From contig JAKMXF010000099.1 of assembly GCA_024704765.1 (NCBI GenBank), forward strand, positions 548,419 to 612,418: a stretch of DNA of 64,000 nucleotides. The letters are read 5' to 3'. The translations under genes and the position numbers were made by a program. Shown here piece by piece: positions 54,000 through 64,000 of this stretch. Numbering within the stretch: the first letter of the stretch is position 1; each line of letters opens with the position of its first letter. The notes below the pieces were generated by a model. The model ran no database searches. It was not told where the DNA came from and was given only the letters and a program-made list of their open reading frames with translations. Source of the stretch: Oopsacas minuta (lineage: Eukaryota; Animalia; Porifera).

Positions 54000-56420
54000 T
54001 AATATATGCACAGCCTACTTAACTATAGCCTATTCACGGTATTGAACCATAGATTACTTCAAGTCCTAAATCCAAAGTATCAACAATAACGATACAGGAT
54101 GGGATGACATTAATTATGGTTTACATTGAATATTTGACAATAGAGTGAATAGTGGTTGTGACTATTTATCACTATAAACAAACTGTATATGAAAATTATG
54201 AATACAATACACATGCTTACAAGAAAATATAAGCACTATTCTGATTGAAACTTTGTTAGTTTCCTCTTAAATTCCCTGCGGCATATTCCGTTCCTTTTCG
54301 AGTTTAGATTGCGAACTATATTCTTCAATGAACAATTGCTGGTGGTAGATTGTATTTTGCTGGGATAAAAATGGGATGGTGTTTGACAACTATGACACTC
54401 AAATTTCCTGAAATCAAAATTCTCAAATTCTGGTAAATGTTTGTGATCTTAGTTTTCCAGCTCTACCAATACACTATAGCTCTTCCAATCCTGACACCAA
54501 GATACAAACTTTGTAAAGGACACAAAACAGGCACCTTCAAGCTGAAAAACCTTTGAATCTGGGTCGCGTAGTCGAATATCTTTCCCTGCACTATGAATGT
54601 ACACATCTTCCATAACCTGGTAATGAGTAAATAAATTTATGTGATGGTTGTAAATGTTGTTATTTTCATTATACATCACACAGCACTTACTGTTAACTGA
54701 TCCCCAACTGCAAGAGCTAAAGGGACATTTTGTCTTTCAAGAACTGTTGGCTGTATAACTTTGGATGTTAATTTATGAGCAATCTTAGCAGTTGAGCACT
54801 GCTCGGACTTGTATATATTCTTGAGACTTTTCATGAAGCATTTGAAAGACAATAAGGAATGTTTTACTAAGGTATTGTTCGATTGATAGAGAGATAAATG
54901 TTGTATTAAAATACTTCTAATTTTATCCAGTTATTTTCGGATATACTTCACTATGTGAACCGGGTCAAACATCAAGAAAATGGGTCAGGTAGGATCTGAT
55001 GGGTTTGGGAAGGTTAGCTATAAACTTGTACTACCAGTTAGAGAGTTAAATAAACTAACTTTCAGTTGATAATCATCTATACAAATTTCTACTGCCTTAA
55101 GATCAGACTTCTCGATGTCCAAAATAACTTGCTTCACTATTGGAAGTAAGTCAAAAGATTTTGCATTACAAATGGTAGAAATTTCATAATTTCAGACCAC
55201 TTTGTGAAAAGGATGGAAGCTTGAAATGCTAGAACTGTCTTAGCTGGATCAGATACAAAGGAATTGTTTTCTGGATGTATTGAATCAGTTTGTAGAATGA
55301 AGAGCCATAGATGTTACGACCTTTATAAGTGTAATCTGACATTACCTGAATTTCGTCCAACTGTAGAAGAACGTATTTCGCAAATTTATTGAAGTCCTGG
55401 CATGCTATCTTCAGATAATCTGTAAAACTTGTGTCTATACCAGTATTTGAATAGAGACGTTTGAGAGTGGATTAATGAGGCAGAGAGATACAGTCTAATG
55501 ATTGCAGATAACTCTAGCAACCTGAAGAGATTAGTTGAGCCTTAAGAAATAGAACCAATGTTAATACATTATATCGGTGGTTGTTCTTCGAAAACTTCAA
55601 ATGTTCAAGCTGGTACAAAATTAATTGAAGACGATTGAAGATTTTCATGCTCTGGGATCTTCTTCACAAGTTCTAAATTTTTTCTATGGTAGATCTTACG
55701 GAATAAATAGCAGCCTCGATACCAATCTCAACATTATCTTGTTCATGTGGGTTAAGCGGTTGAGTTAACTGATATATTTGACGAATATGAGAAAGGCTAG
55801 TGATAATGGATGAAACTTCAACTTCATTTAGAAAACACCTCTCATGTATGCGTCATTTATACAGATCTGATTAGATATAGTCAATAGTGATCCAGGTAGT
55901 ACCTTCTTGAAAATATGCAATGTACCTGACTTGAGCGAATATGAGTCCATTTTCCAGTTAACTTAATTGTTGTATACTTTAGCTGGATGTCGTCAATATT
56001 AGAATCAGAAAAGCTATTGTTTAGTTTATGTTCAGCACGACTCAACTCAAGAGCTTGACGAAAATCTTTGGATATCAGTTTCATTTCGGTCCAAACGATC
56101 AGGTTGTTTAGAGGATCCTTGTATATAAGGGCAGTTAGCTAGATTGGTGGGCTTGGTATTTTTCATAAGACCAGGCTTTTTTGAACTTTCACCACTGTAC
56201 CATCACCCATAGGAATAACCAAGTGAAGTAACACGTCGTCGTCATTGAAATGTTTCGAACAAATGAAGACTTTTGCCAATTCCCATAACCATCTATGGAG
56301 AAATCTTCGCCATTCATCCTGTAATTCTTTTGATCAATGATTCACCATTTCAAACACTGGAGTATAATTTGTTCCGTCATAATTGGAGGAGCAGTTGGCC
56401 ACACTACATCTATTAGGCAT
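54000..56420 (-). pseudogene. THAP-domain P-element-superfamily transposase relic
   Basis: MPNRCSVANC..W.RFL..FICSKHF (THAP), then LPH.STLKRL, LQLDEIQV, AKTVLAF, FLMFDPVHIVK.IR. Many disablements; left boundary approximate. Confidence 0.75.
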
Positions 56421-58148
56421 AGTGCTAAGGAGTAAGGAAATATCGGTAAATAATAATTGAACTACTTAATAATGGGTCAGAGGCTGTACAACGAGTTGGT
56501 AATTGATACAAACAACATGAGTGTCTCGTGGCCTACAGTTGTGTGCTATCAATGTAAACAAGTGAATAATAATTACCCTCCATAATATTTCTGTATCAAA
56601 ATTATATTAATAAAATTGCATTTGAACATTATGGATCAAAAATATATAGACTTGAAGTATTCCATCATTATGAAAAAATGAGAGCGTTAATAAGCTATAG
56701 TTACGTAGGCTGTGTAATATAGGTATTTGATATTGGTAAAATTTCTTCTTGAACATTTATCCTAATATTAATAAGTGTCTAATATAATGCTTAGTATAAC
56801 CATTCCAACGAACTTCAATGATATTGCTTCAGTTTTTATCTTTCCCAAGCTTTCATGAGACCTCAAGTTAGAAAATTAACTCTACAATAATCCATTGAGC
56901 TACCTTGAGAGTTGAACTGTTTATGAAAAATTTTGTGACAGATGTGTGCTAAAGACTTTCTCCATAAATATTCGCCAACTACCATATACCTGATGTGCAC
57001 GTACAGTCTCTCTATCAGAATGTTGTAAGGAGAGTGAACCCTTACTACATATTGTATTCTGATTGTATTCGTAGTTACATGCCAACATACATCTCAGATT
57101 TATACCAATTATTAGAGTTGCATTCCGCAGATGCTCGAAACTAGAGCACATTTATTTTCCGGCTGGGAGACTTTTTAAACAAAAATTGTTAAATTTAAAA
57201 ACACACTCTGGATACATTTTAGATATTTTATTGCTGAACATAGCTGTCCAATCTCAATTCAACCTTTCTCAACCTTGTTAACCGATAAAATGAATACTAT
57301 CCCATTCACCAATCTGAAGAACAAAATCTCCATTGACGTTCGACTCTGGCGTCATAAGAAATTCATCAGATAACGGGACTATTTGGTCATATTCACTGCA
57401 GTTGGAATAATATTGTTGCACTTGTTAGGATCTTCATCTTCAAAATCCTTATCAACGAGGATATGAGGACTATTTTCGGGGCCAGGGGTTGGGAACAATC
57501 CGAGGAATATTTCTATTCCACATATTCTAGCATTAACGAAATTAGTATAGACAGCTATAAATTCCTCAATACCAATACATGGAAACTCGTCTCGCAATAT
57601 GACTACCCAAGAATAAATATACTCATCTGATCTTTCTTCTGAAGCAAGTACTTATTTTGACACAAAATAATAGATATTCAATTAATTTTATGTGGAACTA
57701 TCCACATCATCAACAGGGTTGTCTGTTCAATGGCTTGATGTTCATACTGATTTTTTGGAAATTTATTTAAAAATGAACTACCCTGTAAAAATTCAATACT
57801 TTCAAATTCCCAAATATTTTCGTAAGAATTTGACTCTGATAACTGTAAAGGTTACAACCATAAATCCATAAGTGAGCCTGTGATTGTTGTAATAACAACA
57901 TTCGATAAAACTACCACTATCATTACATTCCCAAAAGTTGATACTGTAGTGCTCATCTCTCAAGTCATAGTAATGAGATTGGTCAGATGCAGCCGAAGAC
58001 CAAGTTGCTAAACATCAATTCTATTAGGTAACTAGTAATTAAATTGAATTCTAGAAAGAAATATATCAGCGAAGAATCACGATAATATATTAAAAATGGA
58101 GATATATTAAAATTATTTTAGCCAGAATTTTTTGGATTTCATAAATTA

Positions 58149-60441
58149 CACAGCCCTGCGGAAAAAAAAATTTTATTTGCTGATTGTTATTGCAAAACAT
58201 TTTCTAATCCACATTTTAATACTGATTTTGAATAATTTTGTAAAATATACGTATCACGTCTAGTTTTTTTGCAAAATTATTTTTAAATATTGGTATATTT
58301 ATCGATGAATGCATGAACCTCTACAAGTAAAATAGTGAAAATCTGCCATTTATAAATTTTTATTGATAATATAATCTTAGTTAATAAATAATTTGAATAT
58401 ATTAGTCTGAATCAGGAGTAAATTTCCGTTTTTTTTGACATTCTAGCATGAATAACATCAATACAATCTCTCTTGAGGCACCAGCAGTAATCAGCCATCA
58501 TATGAACGTCCCACCTCCCCTGATATCGTGTTTCCATTGTTTTTATGTCTTGGTGGAATCGTTCACCTTGCTCCTCGGAAACAGCTCCAAGATTCTCTGA
58601 AAATAGTCAATATGACTGTGAAGAAAGTGAACTTTTACACTCATATTGCAGCCGAGATTCTTGTAAGATTCAATCAACTCATTCACAAGTATTTTATAAT
58701 TAGGAGATTTCGTATTTCCCAAGAAGTTTTTCATGACATTTACAAATGCATTCCATGCACATTTTTCTTTGCATATCATAAAATTTGAAAAATTATCATC
58801 TCGAACAAGTTGTCTTATCTGAGGACCGTCGAATATACCGGCTTTTCTTTTCTCATCACTTAGGTAGTAAAACTTCTCGGTAATATATTTGAAACAATTT
58901 CCTTCTTTATCTAATGCCCTTACAAACTGTTTCATCAATCCTAATTTTATATGAAGTGGTGGAAGCAAAATCTTGATAGGATCCACTAGAGGCTCGTGAA
59001 TAATGTTCTTATCTCCAACATTAAGATTGGTTCTTGCTGGCCAGCTCTGTCTAGAATAGTGTTCGCTCTTTGTACGACTGTCCCATAAGCATAAAAAACA
59101 AGGGTATTTTGTATATCCTGATTGCTATCCCAAAAGAATGCATATGATTTTTAAGTCACCACAGATTACTCAATTGTTCTGGTTATAATTAATTTTATGA
59201 AGCACAATTTTCATGTTATCATATCGTTCCTTTAAACTTACTGAATGTCCAATTGGTATGGAACTAAATTTGTTGCTATTATGAAGTAGAACACATTTCA
59301 AACTATGTTTTTAAAGATCAAAAAAGAGTCTCCAATCATTAGGTACATACGGACATCCAAGAGCATTAACTAGCGGTGAAACATCATGACAAAACACAAA
59401 TCCGTCTTCCATTATGAAATATTTCAAAAATCCGATCTCTCTGTTCCTATATGAGTAAAATTTTGTTTCTGGGAGAAGCAAGTTTTTTTCTTTTAGCCTA
59501 GAACCTAACAACTCCGCAGATTCTTTAGATAAATCTAAATCACGTACCAAATCATTTAATTCAGACTGATTAAATAACTGTGGAGAATTAGAACAAGATA
59601 ATACACACGGAATAAAATCCTCATCTTCTCTAATTAATGAATCTCTAGTTTCACAATCATCAATTTCCGAGATAACATCCAAATTAGTAAATTTTGGAAC
59701 AGGTACATCAATAGAATGGGGAACGGGTCGTATTGCTGAATGTAAATTTGGATACTTGATCAATGACTTGGTTTTAGCATTGAATCCGGAAATATTCGCC
59801 ATACAAAAGTAACAATCGCTAATGTGATTTTGTGGCTCTCTCCATATCATTGGAATTCCAAAACTTAAACTCTTTCTGATTCCTTTTGTCCATTGTCTCA
59901 AATTTTCTACACAAGATCGGCACACTGTATGTGGAGCCCATGTTTTGTCTTGATCACCTAATCTCATTCCAAAATATTCTAAATATGCTTTTTTAACAAA
60001 TCCTGTTATTGTCGTAGTTTGTTTAGAAGTCATAAAACTCCCACAAATATAACAAAAGACGTCTGGATCATTACTGCACCTTCTCCGATAAGCCATATGA
60101 TAATAAAATATCAAAATAGTAGACTATAGTACAATAAAGCTGATATAACAAAAATAAAAATAAAAAAATTATGTAGAAAAGAATGGAGTTAAAGGGACAA
60201 ATTAGAAAATGCAATAAAGCACGCATCTGTTTATTTCAAAAGACAAAAATTCACACATGTATCAAATATAATCATTTATTCTAGGGAAGTGTACTTAAAA
60301 AAATCGACTTACATTAAAATGACATTTGAGTAAAAACGAGACGTGATAGGGGAATTCTGATGACAGATTGAGAATCAGCATACTCAAGTTAACTAAAAAC
60401 AACCCATGGATAATAATCAGCAAATTTGACGCAGGGCAGTG
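58149..60441 (-). mobile_element. Full-length Chapaev3 element, family C (transposase pseudogene ~58440-60114)
   Basis: Ends CACAGCCCTGCG / CGCAGGGCAGTG, TTA on both flanks (58146-48, 60442-44). Motifs CSNDPDVFCYICG, GDQDKTWAPHTVC, WREPQNHISDCYFC, PPLHIKLGLMKQFV. Confidence 0.9.
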
Positions 60442-62111
60442 TTATTGTATAATCTGTAAAAAAAATTTAAAGTAGGAAAGTTTTTTGGAGTGTATATTCG
60501 GATTCCTCATAAAATTCTGTATAAGAAAGGGAAAAAATCCCAACGACCTCTTTTTTTGCCATAATGTTTTTTCAGTTACCCGCGATCATCTGACAAATTC
60601 TTTTCAATTGAATCCCAACGTATTCCCTATGATTATATGAATATGGCAGGCAATGGACAACATCTTAATAAATGGTGGCAGTTTCAAGAGATGGCAAATC
60701 CTCTATTGAGAAAGAGTCGAGACTTTAACTTACAATCAATGATTATGTTTTGCTTTGAGGAGATTGTGGACATGGAGTAAGGGATTTACACGGTATGAAA
60801 TATATAGATGGCTGAGGCGAGACTGATGGATCAATTACTCGCTAGGATAACACATGGATATTCTGTGAATTATTTTTTCATTTCAAATATATAGATTTTC
60901 ATTGAGTCCAATTATTGCAGCCATGTAGTTTTGTTTACAAATAATGCCTCAAATAGAATCGCTAACGCCAAGGCCACAGAAAGCGAACTCGCAACCACTT
61001 TGTAGGAATTGAAAGTGGATTGGGTATATAAGAGTAACAGTTGAAGCGCGCTCTCATGGAACTAAAAGAAACATAAATGCTATATTCGCCGTACTCACCA
61101 GAAATGTGTCAAGATAGATCTAACTTTTGTTGTAGCAATTGATTGTTACACATCTAGCACGCCTTCCAATGAGACGGAAATTATTCTGATAGAAAGAAAG
61201 GCAGTTACATTTTGAAACTTTGATTCGACTTGAGGGAATGAAACTATTTGGTTACATTGGGGAAGGTCAAAACGAAAGTATAATTTTAAAAGTTGAAGAA
61301 AATAGTACAATCTTCGACAGAATATAGATTACTTTTTCCTTGAATATTTAGTAGCCCTTCTTCGAATATTCGCCCTCTGAAGGATCCTCGAAATATATTA
61401 TCGTCCCCGCGTACTATTTGAGAAATAGTGTATATTGAAAATAGACAACAATCTTAAGTCAATAAGACTTGTACTAGAGTTTGGATCTGTAGATTAACAA
61501 ATGAGAAGGATTTATAGAGTCGTGAACGACTTGTAAAGAAAATGATCAAATATAGGATTTGTTTATGAATGGGTGAAATATATGATAATATTTATAGAAA
61601 TACCAAAGGACTATTTCAAGAGGTTTATTCTTCAGCAACAGTGTTTTGTATTTCAAATGGGGAAATTTTCATATGAATATGTATCTTATTGTAATTATTT
61701 CATGGTACATCTAACCTTAGTTGATTATTTCATTGAAATTTAGCAAATAACTCTGAATTATCCATGTTTACTCCATATTTCAAACATTTATTTTATTTAA
61801 TCTATTTTGAAATTATGGAAACTAACTGCTATGACATTATTGAAATTACTTTGTATATTTTATGATACATTGAGCAATTCATAAAGTGTCAACTGAGATG
61901 AACAGTTGATATTGCAATAATCTTTATGCGTTACTATAGTTTTAATGGATGACAATGTTTGATTAAATTTGTGTTCTTAGTACAAATCAAATATAGAGAC
62001 TCAACTCAAGCAAGTCAGTTTTACACTTAAATATCTCAAAAAGTTGAGACTAATTTGCCATGATTTCATGAAACTGATTTGTTTAAGTATACTAAATTTA
62101 TATGTGAAGTA

Positions 62112-63453
62112 CAGGGTGTCTCAAAAGTTTTTCCGCCTCAGTACTTCGATTGAAGTCGTTATAAATCGAACAGTATTGTTTACTAACCGACCATTTTTCA
62201 GATTATTATTAGCCTATAGTAGTCCAATACTATAATGAATACTTCATTACCTTATTTGATGATCTGTTTATATTTTCAATATTTTTTCTCAACTCTCACA
62301 AATTTCATACTTGGATGCCATGAAACCGAGATTTGCTATTCGTGAGCGAGCGATTGGCATGATTGAAGCGGGTTCAACACAGAAATCAGTCGCCAATACT
62401 CTTAGAGTCACAATTCTGACAGTTTAGAACTTATGTAAAAGGCATAGAGCTGGATATTTGCCTGATGACAAGCCCCGGTCTGGATGTCCGACGAAGCTTT
62501 CCCTTATTCCGAAAATTGTAATTCGAAAATCAATCGGGAAACGCCACAATTCAACCCCGAAATCTTGTGAAATATATCTCATCTAAGTCGGTGACCGTTA
62601 GTAAAGGCATAATTCACCCTTATTTAAGCGATATAATCGGAGCGAAAGCCTATAAAGACCCTCATACCCGAAATTGACTGAAAAACAAAGGGTAAAGAGG
62701 CTAGAATTCTGTCAAGAGCGCAAAACATGGACTAGTCGTTATTGGGAAAGAGTTCTTTTTAGTGATGAAAGCCCTTTTGAGCTTTTCCATCCGACTAATA
62801 GGCAGAATGATCGTGTTTGGGACATTAATTCGCATAACATTACCCCAGTTGAATCAGTCAAAAACCCCCCGAAAATGATGGTCTAGGGAATGATGAGCCG
62901 GTCAGGGCTATCAGAACTACACTTCATCTACCCAAAACGCTCAGTGAATACTAACTACTATATTAATGAAATCCTGGAGAAGTGTTGTCTCCCTACCTTT
63001 AAGCGTAGAAAGACTAGAGCCCCACTTACCCAAAGGAAAATGTGTCGAAAGATGTCCGAGACAATTTTCATGCAGGATAGCGTCCCTGCCCATACAGCCA
63101 TAAGGACTCAGAAATGGCTTTCAGAGCATCTACCTGGCTTTTGGGGAGAAAGATGTTTGGCCTAGTAACTCCCCAGATTAAAATCTCATCGAAAATCTTT
63201 GGTCTATTATGCAAGCAGAGCTAGACAAGAGAAAGCCCGCTACAAATTTAACACAGCTCGGAAATATTTGGAAAATATATGGAATGGGGTTAGCCCGTCG
63301 ATACTTGAGAATTTAGTTGATGGGATGCCAAGTCGAATTAATTCATGTATAAAACTTAATGGTGAATATATAGGTAAATAATTAGATGAATCTATCTAAG
63401 AAATTCTATATTATAGTGGTATTTATAAGAGGAAAGACTTTGGAGACACCATG
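62112..63453 (+). mobile_element. Tc1-mariner superfamily DD37E element, defective (ATG 62320, stop 63381)
   Basis: TA-CAGGGTGTCTCAAAAGTTTTTCC / GGAAAGACTTTGGAGACACCATG-TA. Motifs VLFSDESPF, NRQNDRVW, MQDSVPAH, WPSNSPD.NLIENLW. Reconstructed spacing is D37E after removing one extra G. Confidence 0.8.
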
Positions 63454-63479
63454 TACTCCTATTCAGATGCACCAGTTAC

Positions 63480-63800
63480 TTTTAGCAAAAATTTATATTT
63501 ATGAACATATTAATTCATTTTCAGAGACGTCCGTATCTATTCTTTCGAATGGCCCTAGAATACTACATTCTGATCATGGAAAGTTATTAAAATTCACTGT
63601 TGAATTACTGCTGGTCGAATATTCACCTAACTTCACACTCGTAGCGACATCTGTATTTGAACATGTAAGGAAAGAATGGTGTAATTCCAACTTGTATAGG
63701 AAGCTAAATTGTAAACATGTTGCAAAGCGAAATTTGCAAAAGAACATGGAGGAAAGAATTATGCAATTCCAATATAATAAGAATCTGAAAAAATGTTGTA
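63480..63800 (+). pseudogene. Possible degenerate KRBA2-type integrase fragment
   Basis: GPRILHSDHG and MQFQYN resemble GPPLILHSDNG and F.YN of the integrase at 43796-45818. Confidence 0.3.
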
Positions 63801-64000
63801 CTCCGAAATCTGTAAACTAACATCGAATGGCAGAATGGTTCAAATCCAACATCTATAACAAACTGTGATGTAAGAATGTTGTACATTGACATCTTACAAT
63901 AGCATAGAAGGGACGAATGGGGCGAATGGGGGCTTCAAAACTGTATAAGAGATTGATACAATAAATATTGTTTGCAAAATATGGAAAATATATACTGTAA

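Noticed and set aside
57379-57720. Protein-like minus-strand ORF (RDEFPCIGIEEF..PTPGPENSPH)
   Set aside because: No family motif recognised and no convincing splice signals.
52-63892. Most remaining 60-100 aa ORFs in the supplied track
   Set aside because: They are antisense or alternate-frame shadows of transposase relics, or low-complexity AT-rich ORFs with no domain signal.

Overview
AT-rich eukaryotic (most likely invertebrate animal) DNA that is mostly DNA-transposon debris. No rRNA, tRNA, CRISPR or prokaryotic features were recognised. Elements with readable ends: three Chapaev3 families (CAC..GTG ends, 3-bp TWA target duplications) plus an identical end-less fragment of one; two long-TIR Ginger-type integrase transposons (35783-40283 and 42954-49318); Tc1/mariner elements of four catalytic classes (DD34D, DD34E, DD37D twice, DD37E); a hAT/Buster half-element; two THAP/P-element relics; two related non-autonomous Helitrons; several MITEs. 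Scattered plus-strand exons suggest a fibronectin type III (FN3) repeat host gene that is partly decayed. Two observations stand out. First, a virus-like 2A/StopGo motif (LLLLSGDIELNPGP) lies directly before the KRBA2/SCAND3-type integrase of one Ginger element. Second, the other Ginger integrase carries what looks like a USP-type deubiquitinase domain at its C-terminus. All family calls come from motif recognition by eye; no searches were run.
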